A DNA stretch of 64,000 nucleotides from Dethiobacteria bacterium (lineage in GTDB: Bacteria; Bacillota; Dethiobacteria; DTU022; UBA8154). Below, in pieces: positions 25,386 through 34,589 of the stretch (its first letter is position 1; every line of letters starts with the position of its first letter). The stretch is from NCBI GenBank assembly GCA_050948825.1, contig JBMNEO010000001.1:11673-75672 (forward strand). The letters are read 5' to 3'. A program made the translations under genes and the position numbers. The notes under the pieces were generated by a model. That model did no database searches. It saw nothing but the letters and a program-made list of their open reading frames with translations, and was not told where the DNA came from.

Positions 25386-26033
25386 TTATTTGAATGGAAC
25401 GCCCTCGCTCTGCTCTCTGCCCATTCCCCGGGAGAAAGCATAGAGGGCTGCCTGTGTGCGATCATGGAGTTCCAGTTTGTCCAGGATGCTGCAGACATGT
25501 TTCTTTACTGTATTTTCACTGATAAAAAATTTTCTTGCTATGTCTCTATTGGTCATACCCTCTGCCAGCGCTTCAAGGACTTCCAATTCCCTGCCGGTCA
25601 GCTCCTTAAAGGAGTCTTCCTCCCCCTTCATAACCGTATCGATAATCTCCGGGTCATAATAACGCCGCCCCCGGGCTACGAGCCTGATGGCACTAATGAA
25701 CTCGTCGGGAAGGGCATCTTTAAGGATATAACCCTCGACATTTTCGGCGATTGCATCTGATACCTCTTTTTGCGAGGCAAACGAAGTCAGAATGACAAAG
25801 CGGCAACCGGGCACCTTTTTCCGGGCCTGTCTGATCAGCTCCAATCCGCCGCCCCCGGGCATCCTCATGTCCACGATAGCCAGATCCGGCTTTTCCGCAG
25901 AGATCAACTCCACGCCTTCCGGGCAGGAGGCAGCCATGCCCACCACTTCCATATCCTCTTCCATGCTGAGACTCTGCTCCAGTCCCTGACGCACTACGGG
26001 ATGGTCATCAATCAGTACAATTCTCACAATCAA
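25386..26033 (-). CDS. NarL/DegU-family response regulator (REC + LuxR-type HTH)
   Basis: MIVRIVLIDDHPVVRQGL..PDLAIVDMRMPGGGG.. is the REC domain. ..LTGRELEVLEALAEGMTNRDIARKFFISENTVKKHV is the LuxR HTH. Confidence 0.8.
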   Translation of the reverse strand: MIVRIVLIDDHPVVRQGLEQSLSMEEDMEVVGMAASCPEGVELISAEKPDLAIVDMRMPGGGGLELIRQARKKVPGCRFVILTSFASQKEVSDAIAENVEGYILKDALPDEFISAIRLVARGRRYYDPEIIDTVMKGEEDSFKELTGRELEVLEALAEGMTNRDIARKFFISENTVKKHVCSILDKLELHDRTQAALYAFSRGMGREQSEGVPFK

Positions 26034-27771
26034 TGTTCCCCCTTTCCGGCCGTTCCGGTAGCGTTTAAGATAAAATTATCCGCCATACCTGCCATAACTA
26101 CACAGGAAACCACGGTTCCCTTTCCAGACTTGCTATCTATTGAGAGGTTTCCCCCCATACTTCTTGCCAGCTCCTTCATGTTAAGAAGCCCCAGGCCGTT
26201 TTTTCCCCCGTGCTGGTATTCTTCCAGATCAAAGCCTCCGCCGTTATCGGCGATAATCAGTTCTATGATTCCGTTTCCCTCAATCAAAGAAACCTTGATC
26301 TTGCTGCAGTTGCCGTGACGGATACGGCATTGCCGGTAGCCTCCCTGATAATACGGTAGAGAGAGTTCCTGGCCACGGATTTTAAGGATCCAAGGCTGCC
26401 CCGACAGTCAAACTCGACAAATACATCATTCAACTGTCCCAGTTCAGTGAGGTACCGCCGGACATCCTCCAAAAAGGGCTCCTTTTTATTTTTGCGCGTA
26501 CTCATGCAGTAAATTGATGCTCTAAGATCCTTGAGGCTTCTCTGGGCCGTCTTCTGCAGGAGCCTGAGCTGGCTAATGACAGCCTCATCCAGGTCCTCCT
26601 TTTTAATCAGCATATCTAGCCCGTAGACCAGGCCAAAAATATTTTGGGTAACATTATCATGGATTTCGCCGGCAATGCGATCCTTTTCTTCGACAAGCAA
26701 CAGTTTTTCCGCCAGTGATTCCTGGGAGCGTTTTTCCAGGGCCACTGCACAGAGATCCGCCAGAAAGGTAAGGGTTTGCTCTACCTCGTCCAGAGCTTCC
26801 TCCCTGCCAAGGTAAAAAGCGGAAAGCACTCCAAAAACACTCACACTTGATTTAATGCGCACGGTAACCAGGACACCGGGCGTTTGCTCTTTTGCATTGG
26901 GAAAGTTCCGCACGTTTACTTCCGGAGCATGCTGTTTCTTCTCAAACTCCTTTTTTATATAAGGGTACCAGCTTTCCTCCGGAAAAACGTTCCTGGGGCC
27001 CCTGACGGCAAAATAGCTCTTTTTCTCCGGTTCCGAAAGCCCCATCTCCGTTTCTATCCAGACGATTACCTTCTTTGCCCCTGTCAGTGCCCTGCTGTAA
27101 GACGCAAAAAGGCTGACTATTTCCTGGGGATCGCTGTTGTGGGAAAAGACCTCCACTGCCCCGTAGAGGGACTTGATATGCTGGATCTGCTTTTCCATGA
27201 TCTGCGCCTGCCGGGAAAGCTTCATGATGAAAAAGTTAAACAACTGCCCTCCCAGGGTGCTAAGGACAAATATTACGACCAGGTAAGCGCGATCCGGCCA
27301 GAACACCAAAGGCACCTCCGGCACATCCGGCCCGTATATATTGAACTGGTGTAATAAAAAGGAGCTAAAGAGAAAAGTGCCCATCAAAGCCCAGCAAAAA
27401 TATGCCGGCGCAAGCGTAATGGCGAGAAGGATAGGGTTGACGGCATACCAGAGAAAAGGGCTGTCCAGGCCGCCGGTTAAAATAAGAATAAAAGCAAGCC
27501 CGATAGTTTCTACAAAGAGAAAGAGTTTCTTTCCCCAAGTGCTCCCGCCTTCATTGTTGTAAAATCGGATAAATAAAAATGCTTCCAAGAGCAGGCAAAA
27601 ACAAACTCCCGCTTTCAGGTAGAGAGGTGAAGGTGGAGGCCCACTTAAATAGAGCGCAGATGTAATAAGCAGGGAAATATACCGGTAATAACCGAGCAGT
27701 GAAGCCAGCTCCAGGTTATCCCAGTATAAGTTTTTTTTTAGGAAACCAAGGCGATCTTTTAAAAAGCGCAA
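26030..27771 (-). pseudogene. DegS/NarX-like sensor histidine kinase (HisKA_3 + HATPase) interrupted by a frameshift near 26320
   Basis: The 495-aa ORF has TM helices and the H-box ..AGEIHDNVTQNIFGL.., and ends ..REATGNAVSVTATAARSRFL*. The natural continuation ..RIRHGNCSKIKVSLIEGNGIIELIIADNGGGFD..GLGLLNMKELARSMGG (HATPase N/G boxes) lies in another frame, read as the 85-aa ORF 26030..26287. The two are separated by an apparent 2-nt insertion or 1-nt deletion. Confidence 0.6.
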
Positions 27772-27828
27772 ATAACGCAGGGAAATCCTCTGCCTTCCTG
27801 TTTCATAAATCTTTCTTTTCCTTAATAT

Positions 27829-28998
27829 TTAATCGGCATTAATATTGTAAAAATAAAGGGTTTCCCCATCAACAACATAAAATTGAACAGATTTTTCCTC
27901 AGAGCCATCCCGTTCGGTAACCTGCAGGACCGGCGTATCTTTTTCATCAGCTATTTTGAGCAGATCTTTAAAGCTTTCCATTTCTACCCTGAGGCTGCTT
28001 TCGGAAAGGGACCTTATACCGCTGGCCATGACAATTCTGCTGCGATGCCGTTTCCTGATCTGGCTGAGCCTGCCGGCAAAGCTGCCTGCTGCTCCATTTG
28101 TTTTCCTGGCCAGGGAGGTGTAAGAAATACCTCCGAGCAAAAGGAAAACAACCAGAGTGGAAGGGAACAATACCCTTCCTGTTGTCACGGGAAGAGGATA
28201 ACCAAAAACAATCATATAATTTACTGTAGAAACCGTATCCCTGGATTCTTCTGTTGTTTCGTAGAGTAACTCTCCTCTGGGCTCTATCAACACATTCGAT
28301 AAACCAAACTCATATTCACCGGTCAGGTCGCCGTTTTCCTGGAGCTGGGGATCTTCACCGGGAGGCTCTTCACCAAGGGGGCCTTCACCGAGGGGGTCAT
28401 CACCAACAGGAGGAGTATTTGACGATAAAATACTTTTAATCACCAGGCGGTATCCCTCCCGTGGCCTTACCTCAATTTCCTCGATAATAGCTTCAGCCAG
28501 TGCAACCGCCTCTTCCAGAGGGAGCGTAAAATTAGAACTATACCTGACTAGCCCTTCCCCCTGTTCCAGGACAGTCGTTTTTGGCTTCAACCCGAGATCT
28601 TTCTCCCACTGCCCCGGGGAACGCACAAACAGGCTGACATGCAGCTCCCCTTCCGGTTCGATATCGGGATGGACTTCGATTTCCCCGGTTACCTGAAATT
28701 CTACCCTGTTTATAACATTTCTGAAGTAGCTTTCCAGTCCTGCCGGCAAATCCGAACCTTCAGGATAAAGGATAGAAGGGGCTGTAAATACCTGATAATC
28801 GTAGATAATCCTTTGAGTTTTGCTCTGTTTTAAGATTTCCTGTGAGTTTACAGGTAATGCTTGCAAGGCTTTTACGGTCATTACGCCGGAAAATATGATA
28901 AGGACGATAATAACAACTGATATAGCAAGTTGAGCATTTTTAGGGCGCTGATTCTTTTTCAATAACACCTCTCCTGTCCTGTTTCGCCTTAAAATCAA
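27829..28998 (-). CDS. Bitopic membrane protein (N-terminal TM plus a second TM near residue 270), unknown function, with a Pro/Gly/Glu-rich linker. Co-located with the SipW-like and TasA-like genes.
   Basis: 389 aa, ORF track. It overlaps the upstream gene by 4 nt. Confidence 0.45.
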   Translation of the reverse strand: MILRRNRTGEVLLKKNQRPKNAQLAISVVIIVLIIFSGVMTVKALQALPVNSQEILKQSKTQRIIYDYQVFTAPSILYPEGSDLPAGLESYFRNVINRVEFQVTGEIEVHPDIEPEGELHVSLFVRSPGQWEKDLGLKPKTTVLEQGEGLVRYSSNFTLPLEEAVALAEAIIEEIEVRPREGYRLVIKSILSSNTPPVGDDPLGEGPLGEEPPGEDPQLQENGDLTGEYEFGLSNVLIEPRGELLYETTEESRDTVSTVNYMIVFGYPLPVTTGRVLFPSTLVVFLLLGGISYTSLARKTNGAAGSFAGRLSQIRKRHRSRIVMASGIRSLSESSLRVEMESFKDLLKIADEKDTPVLQVTERDGSEEKSVQFYVVDGETLYFYNINAD

Positions 28999-29939
28999 TC
29001 TTCAGTGCCGGTATCTGTGCCGCCGCTATCCGTTCCGCTGGTATCTGTGCCGCCTCCGGTATAATTGTCTCTGGTATCATCGTCTCCAGAACCGGTTCCG
29101 CCTCCAGCGGTATCTCCAGTACCTATTTCGTCTCCAGGATCCGTTCCGTTGCCTGTATTCGTCCCGTCATCGGTTTTTCCGTCTCCAGGATCCGCTCCGC
29201 CTTCAATGTTTGTTTTTTCACTGTTATCTTTTCCGTCACCGTCACCACCGGTGCCTGTTTCACCCTTAGCATCTGTTCCGTCACCGGTCCCATCGCCGGT
29301 GCCCATTCCATCATCACCATTCCCAGGGCTCTCCCCTTCTGCGGGACCCGCTCCTTCTCCGGTGCCTGTTCCATTATCGGTATCCCCGTCTCCTAAACCC
29401 GTTCCATCACCGTTACCGCCGGCGCCAGCCTTCCCGGTGCCCGCTTTTTCATCGGTTTGGGGTACAGGCTCATATACTTCTACCAGCAAATCATTTTTTA
29501 ACCTTGCGCTGCCGCCAGGAAAGTCAGCATTTAAAAAGACTGTCAGCAAGTGCTCCCCGGCCGGGCAATTTTCATCTACACTCATGGATATATAGCTGAC
29601 ACCATATGAGTCAAGATAACCGTATCCATAATCATCAATAAAGGTAAAATAATCACTATCACATTCAAACGTAAAATCAATACCTGATTCCAACTTGTTT
29701 GAGACAACAAGAACCCCTTCTGCAAGCCCCCCCTGCTCAATAGAATAGTAATCACCTGAAGCGTTAATAGAAATCAACCCATTGCTGGCTGAATTAGTGG
29801 CAAATAAGCTGTTGGAGTCAGAGTTTACAATTTCGAGTGAAGCAGGATTGTCCACCCTCACACTTGAATAACTAATCGCCCCATAGACACAAAAAAGAAG
29901 AAGCCCGGTAAAAAACAAGGTAATCGCTATCTTTTTCAT
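28995..29939 (-). CDS. Secreted protein: signal peptide, ~150-aa globular domain, then ~150 aa of Gly/Thr/Asp-rich low-complexity repeats
   Basis: MKKIAITLFFTGLLLFCVYGAISYSSVRVDNPASLEIVN.. resembles the SipW-cognate pattern. The tail is ..GTGKAGAGGNGDGTGLGDGDTDNGTGTGEGAGP.. Confidence 0.5.
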   Translation of the reverse strand: MKKIAITLFFTGLLLFCVYGAISYSSVRVDNPASLEIVNSDSNSLFATNSASNGLISINASGDYYSIEQGGLAEGVLVVSNKLESGIDFTFECDSDYFTFIDDYGYGYLDSYGVSYISMSVDENCPAGEHLLTVFLNADFPGGSARLKNDLLVEVYEPVPQTDEKAGTGKAGAGGNGDGTGLGDGDTDNGTGTGEGAGPAEGESPGNGDDGMGTGDGTGDGTDAKGETGTGGDGDGKDNSEKTNIEGGADPGDGKTDDGTNTGNGTDPGDEIGTGDTAGGGTGSGDDDTRDNYTGGGTDTSGTDSGGTDTGTED

Positions 29940-30361
29940 GAAAAACCACCCTGCCTTATATTTGGTCGTTATTTCTAAATATTAACAGAATAGATTAGCA
30001 AAATTTCTCGCTGTTGGTATGATGTTCATAAATATCCCTATTTTGACATATATACTTCGACACAGGTTAAACAAATTCCTTCTTAATTTTGGCAATTCCT
30101 TAGGAAGAATCTTATAACCATTCAGAATTATCACCTACCAGGTCAAAATGTTGTCAGATCCTTGCTCCATGGACAGAAGATTGAAGAACCCTTATTTCTC
30201 CTTATTAATTGATTTTTTGTCATCTACAAGCATAACATCACGGCCAACAGCCTGGCATCATCCCAGGGAATTAATTTAAATTACCAATTAAGATAAACAA
30301 AAAATAATCCAAAGGTAGTATAGAATCCTGCGTTAGCCATTTATCCTTTGGAGTGAAAAAT

Positions 30362-30733
30362 CTAAAATAAACGGACCTCAGGAATGAGCTTAAAATGATT
30401 ATCCAGGGAATAAACATAGGCATTGTTATTAATGGAAATCGCAGCAATTATTAAATCTGTCAGGGGGATGGTTAACCCATCTTTCCTTAGCCTGAACGAG
30501 ATTGAACCGGCCAGCCGCCAATCTTCAAATTAGAATCAATAAATGGCACAGCATCTATACAACCTAGCAATCTTTCAAATTCTTTTCCGTTTTTACCCCT
30601 TGCAAGAGTTCCGAAACGACTGGTCCTGCCATATACACGGATCCAGCCAAAAGTCCCTTATCGATTATTGCTGTTATTTCTGCCTTATCTTTAAAATATT
30701 CTATCCAAATAGATGTATCAACTATGATCTTCA
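30362..30733 (-). pseudogene. vapC: Degraded PIN-domain (VapC) toxin gene with two frameshifts
   Basis: Minus-strand reading: MKIIVDTSIWIEYFKDKAEITAIIDKGLLAGSVYMAGPVVSELLQGVKTEKNLKDC*, then in other frames ..ERLLGCIDAVPFIDSNLKIGGWPVQSRSG* and ..GLTIPLTDLIIAAISINNNAYVYSLDNHFKLIPEVRLF*. Together these make a complete PIN domain if the two frameshifts are repaired. Confidence 0.5.
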
Positions 30734-30939
30734 TTTTCTGTTAACTCTGCCTCTCTGAGTACTTTAATTGACTCTTCATCCAGATCAATATTGCCTTTCA
30801 AAGCCATAAAATCTTTTATTTTTTTGAGGCGGATCGCATCCTGCAGAGCATTTTCAACCGATTTGGAACGGCTGCCCGCTTTATAGAGCCGTTCTACTTC
30901 CTTGATTATGCTTTCGGAGATATTCAATGTCGTACGCAT
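30718..30939 (-). CDS. vapB: VapB-family antitoxin (PF09957-like, MRTTLNI..)
   Basis: MRTTLNISESIIKEVERLYKAGSRSKSVENALQDAIRLKKIKDFMALKG.. is the PF09957-type VapB sequence. The ORF track begins at 30957 (MKGVMRMRTT..). It overlaps the VapC remnant by 16 nt. Confidence 0.6.
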   Translation of the reverse strand: MRTTLNISESIIKEVERLYKAGSRSKSVENALQDAIRLKKIKDFMALKGNIDLDEESIKVLREAELTENEDHS

Positions 30940-31121
30940 CCTCATCACTCCCTTCATAATAATTATACACCAGATTGTTATGATTAATCAATGCTTTAAT
31001 TCTAGCTTTAGTCCAATGTCAACCATGGAATTGAAGTACATAGATGCAAACAAGCCCCTGGAAAGTATTTTTTACTACAAGGGCTTATAATAACTTCCTG
31101 ATGCGATTTATTTTAAAGTAA

Positions 31122-31160
31122 GATAAAACCCCCTTTGGAAACAAGATACTCTTAGGGGGC
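31122..31160 (-). terminator. Rho-independent terminator after gene 31193..31696
   Basis: On the minus strand, the hairpin CCCCCUAAGAGUAUCUUGUUUCCAAAGGGGG is followed by UUUUAUCUU. Confidence 0.55.
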
Positions 31161-31192
31161 TCTTAAATAATAAAGTAAATCTATAGCTTATG

Positions 31193-31696
31193 TTAGCTAT
31201 TGTTAACAGTAACTGCATCTACAACAAGTTTCCAGTTATATTCAGCAGTCCAACCATTGGTAGCAGTTGCTTTCATATCAATATACTGCTTTCCACCAGG
31301 TTCTAAAGTAAACTCAACTTTACCTCCTGAACCATGTATACCACTTAGTACTTTCCACGCATCCTCAGGCCCTCTCGCATAAATGTTGACTCTTCCTTGC
31401 GATACAGGATCCATACTGATAGAAACTACAACTGAATGTTCCGAATTGTTTGTTACTTTAAATAAGTCTTCCCATATATATTCACTTCCATCCTGAATAC
31501 CAAATGATTCATCATCTTTTCCACGAGAAAGATCTATCGCTAATTTAGTAGTATAATCAGGACTATTATAACCAATATAGCGTGCTGCATTATGGTTTTC
31601 ACTTGCTTCTAATGCTAACAAAGCACCAGCAGTTCTTGTTAATTTAACTGACATGTCGTTTGTTACACTGGCAGAAGTATATGCCATCGCCGCCAT
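31193..31696 (-). CDS. Secreted-type beta-domain protein whose signal peptide is cut off by an in-frame TAA. Possible nonsense-mutated gene, otherwise expressed without a signal peptide.
   Basis: The same frame upstream reads ATG(31753) MRKVGIMVIVVSAWR-TAA(31706..31708)-RVVMAAMAYTSASVTNDMSVKL... The AAMAYTSASVTND segment resembles the SipW-cognate motif of the TasA-like proteins. Confidence 0.45.
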   Translation of the reverse strand: MAAMAYTSASVTNDMSVKLTRTAGALLALEASENHNAARYIGYNSPDYTTKLAIDLSRGKDDESFGIQDGSEYIWEDLFKVTNNSEHSVVVSISMDPVSQGRVNIYARGPEDAWKVLSGIHGSGGKVEFTLEPGGKQYIDMKATATNGWTAEYNWKLVVDAVTVNNS

Positions 31697-31891
31697 GACT
31701 ACCCGTTACCGCCAAGCAGACACGACAATTACCATAATTCCAACTTTCCTCATCTTTTTTACCTCTCCTTTTATTAGTTTATTTTTTGCGTTTTGTTTAC
31801 GCTTCTTGATGATATTTTACAACGGGCTTAAATACCGCGCACCATCAAAAAGATCCAAATCCAATAGCTAATTAGAATAAACTTATAATAA

Positions 31892-31926
31892 TCCTAAAGG
31901 AGTATTCCATGCTAAAAAATGAGAGT
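31892..31926. repeat. 35-bp direct repeat (copy 1), identical to 33009..33043 at the 3' end of ORF 32021..33064
   Basis: tcctaaaggagtattccatgctaaaaaatgagagt occurs twice, once on each side of the 347-aa ORF. Confidence 0.7.
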
Positions 31927-32020
31927 TATACGAGTTTCCTCATATTTGTTAGATAAAGAGGCAAAAGTATGAAGTACAAAGGAATTAAAACACATTTCCA
32001 AATACGATAACAGTAAATGT

Positions 32021-33064
32021 TTGCACTACTACTTCTACTTTATTGATAAAGAATTTGGACTCTGCTATATGCGTGTTCCAACCTGGTGCCCCTTTAGACT
32101 TCAGTTTTACTTCAACGGGCATAACTGGCTGGCCAATAAGCTAAAGAGTAATGATATCCCCTACGTAATGCGGGAGAATGCTTTTCTTCAAATCAATGAC
32201 TTTGAAACAGCCCAAGAACTATCGCATAAGATCCGCATAGAAGATCTACACAAGGTTTTAGATATATTTGCCAAAAGATACTGCCCGGTTATAGAGAAAT
32301 ATGACCTTTCTTACCGCTGGAGCATCATGCAGGCCGAATACGCTACAGATATTGTTTTCCGTAAACAGGCTGATCTTAAGCCTTTATATGATAATCTGGT
32401 ACGTACAGCCATTCACTCCGTGAAGCCGGAGAATATCGCCACCTTTTTGGGAAAAAAGCTTCACCCCAACTACCAGGGCGAAATGGGCAATAATTTCAAT
32501 ACCCGCATCCAAGGTACAAGGATTAAGCACCAGATGGGTGCAACCAGTATCAAGATGTACGACAAATTTGGTATCATTCTACGGATCGAAACATCGACTA
32601 ATAATGTTTCCGAGTTCCAACACTTTAGAGAGGTCCAGCACCGCAACGGTGATACTACTAAAAAAGTTGCTCCTATGAAAAAAAACATTTATAGTCTTTT
32701 CCCGCTGGCCGGGTTATTAAAAGCAGCAAACCGTCGTTATCTTGAATTTATCTCAAGCTTTGATGACCCTACAAACGGAATCAAAAACTTAAACAAGGTA
32801 ACCCAGGATATAGAAAAGGCTAACCGTAATTACAAGGGTTTTAACTTTTTCAGTAATGAAGACCTCAACCTGCTTCTTGTACTTACCAAAGGGGAACTCA
32901 ATATTAATGGTATTAGAAATCAATACATACGGCAGCACCTCCCCTGGAACTCAGGTAAAGTGTCAAGAATGCTAAAGCGACTAAGAGTACATGGCCTGAT
33001 TAAAAGAGTCCTAAAGGAGTATTCCATGCTAAAAAATGAGAGTGATATTATAAAAAACCCCTGA
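32021..33064 (+). CDS. Hypothetical 347-aa protein, the only long plus-strand ORF in the minus-oriented block, flanked by 35-bp direct repeats. Possibly an insertion element or integrated-cassette ORF.
   Basis: MHYYFYFIDKEFGLCYMRVPTWCPFRLQFYFNGHNWLANKL... Family not recognised. It is lysine-rich, and its last 12 codons lie inside the second copy of the 35-bp repeat. Confidence 0.45.
   Translation: MHYYFYFIDKEFGLCYMRVPTWCPFRLQFYFNGHNWLANKLKSNDIPYVMRENAFLQINDFETAQELSHKIRIEDLHKVLDIFAKRYCPVIEKYDLSYRWSIMQAEYATDIVFRKQADLKPLYDNLVRTAIHSVKPENIATFLGKKLHPNYQGEMGNNFNTRIQGTRIKHQMGATSIKMYDKFGIILRIETSTNNVSEFQHFREVQHRNGDTTKKVAPMKKNIYSLFPLAGLLKAANRRYLEFISSFDDPTNGIKNLNKVTQDIEKANRNYKGFNFFSNEDLNLLLVLTKGELNINGIRNQYIRQHLPWNSGKVSRMLKRLRVHGLIKRVLKEYSMLKNESDIIKNP
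33009..33043. repeat. 35-bp direct repeat (copy 2)
   Basis: See 31892..31926. Confidence 0.7.
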
Positions 33065-33084
33065 GAGTGGTTCTCTCAGGGGGC
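33050..33084 (-). terminator. Rho-independent terminator of pilT (minus strand)
   Basis: The CCCCTGAGAG-tggt-CTCTCAGGGG hairpin is followed on the minus strand by GUUUUUUAUAAU. Confidence 0.7.
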
Positions 33085-33109
33085 GTGAGGAGTGAATGCG
33101 CCGGTGGTA

Positions 33110-34180
33110 TTAATCCCCGGACGCTGCCTGGCTCAGGAAACGCGACATGGAAACCCGGTCTACCGCATTTTCCAATGCATCCTCGGGGTTAATATATCCT
33201 TTATGAAGAAGCTGTTGCAGGTGATCATCCATGGTTCTCATTCCAGCGGTAACCCCGTTTTGCATACTGGAAAAGATCTGCTGAATCCTTCCTTCGCGGA
33301 TAAGATTGCGTACGTTGGAGTTGGATACTAAAAATTCGACAACAGCAACTCTGCCCATCCCGTCCCTTCGCGGTAAAAGACGTTGTGATATAACACCCAC
33401 AAGTGAGTTGGCAAGCTGAATCCGGATCTGGTTTTGCTGATTGGGCGGGAAAATATCAATTATACGCCAGATGGTCTGAGGAGCGTCGATTGTATGCAAT
33501 GAGGCCAGGACCAGGTGTCCTGTTTCGGCGGCGGTAAGGGCAAGTGAGATGGTCTCGGGATCTTTCATCTCGCCCACCATGACCACATCCGGATCCTGGC
33601 GCAGCGCGGCACGAAGGGCGACGGGGAAGGTATCGCTATCCGAGCCGATCTCCCTCTGGTTAATAATAGCTTTTTTGTGGGTGTGCAGGTATTCGATGGG
33701 GTTCTCAAGCGTGATTACATGACAGCTTCTTTCATTGTTTATCAGCTCGATCATTGCTGCCAGCGTGGTAGTTTTCCCGCTGCCGGCAGGGCCGGTGACC
33801 AAAATAATGCCCCGCGGGCGCAGCACCATCCGGGCAACAATGTCGGGGAGCCCCAGTGATGAAAGCTGCGGCACTTCGGTTTTAATAACCCTTATAGCCA
33901 TCCCCATAGTCCCCCTCTGGTGAAAGGCGTTCACCCGGAAGCGGCCGAACCCGGAGTAACTGTAGGGATAATCAATCTCGCCTTTTTCCTTGAAAAGTAC
34001 AAACTCCTTTTCCCCAAGTATCTGTTCAACCAGCTTACTTGTATCATCCGGTTTTAAAGGAGCATCATTTAAATGGGTTAGCAGGCCGTTCAACCTGATG
34101 GTCGGAGGAACCCCCACTGTTATATGTAGATCGGATGCCCCGCGTTCTACGGCCTGGTGCAGCAGTTCGTTTATGTGCAT
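33110..34180 (-). CDS. pilT: Twitching-motility / pilus retraction ATPase PilT
   Basis: Walker A is GPAGSGKTT. Also ..HVITLENPIEYLH.., Walker B/Asp-box ..DVVMVGEMKD.. and ..LVLASLHT... Length 356 aa. Confidence 0.9.
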   Translation of the reverse strand: MHINELLHQAVERGASDLHITVGVPPTIRLNGLLTHLNDAPLKPDDTSKLVEQILGEKEFVLFKEKGEIDYPYSYSGFGRFRVNAFHQRGTMGMAIRVIKTEVPQLSSLGLPDIVARMVLRPRGIILVTGPAGSGKTTTLAAMIELINNERSCHVITLENPIEYLHTHKKAIINQREIGSDSDTFPVALRAALRQDPDVVMVGEMKDPETISLALTAAETGHLVLASLHTIDAPQTIWRIIDIFPPNQQNQIRIQLANSLVGVISQRLLPRRDGMGRVAVVEFLVSNSNVRNLIREGRIQQIFSSMQNGVTAGMRTMDDHLQQLLHKGYINPEDALENAVDRVSMSRFLSQAASGD

Positions 34181-34217
34181 CTGTAAACCTCCTTTGCAAT
34201 TAACTTGCTACAATGCT

Positions 34218-34580
34218 TTAACTTGCTACAAAATTTATCGAGACTTCGTCGCCCACATTCGTCCCGTTAAGGTTTAAGGTGCCTGCCGGGGCCTCGATCA
34301 CGCAGCATGCTTCTTTTACCACCGGGCTTACCCTATTAGGTTTCATCGCTTCAATCAGATAGCATATCCGCTGATCTCCGGCAATAAAAGCCAGGTCAAT
34401 GGGGAATAACATCCCCAGGGTATGCACAGACCGGCACGGCTTGATAATAAGACCCTTGCGGGGCATGAGCTCCCTGCGGCCAAGGAGGCCTTTCAAACGC
34501 AAAAAGAAGCTATCGGCAATTTCCGCCTCTTCCAGAATAATTTTCTTCCGAGTTTTATTATATACTTCCGCTTTTTTCAT
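34218..34580 (-). CDS. DUF192 (COG1430) protein, commonly found in Tad/Flp loci
   Basis: ..LKGLLGRRELMPRKGLIIKPCRSVHTLGMLFPIDLAFI..VIEAPAG.. is the DUF192 signature. Confidence 0.6.
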   Translation of the reverse strand: MKKAEVYNKTRKKIILEEAEIADSFFLRLKGLLGRRELMPRKGLIIKPCRSVHTLGMLFPIDLAFIAGDQRICYLIEAMKPNRVSPVVKEACCVIEAPAGTLNLNGTNVGDEVSINFVAS

Positions 34581-34589
34581 ATTTTTCCT

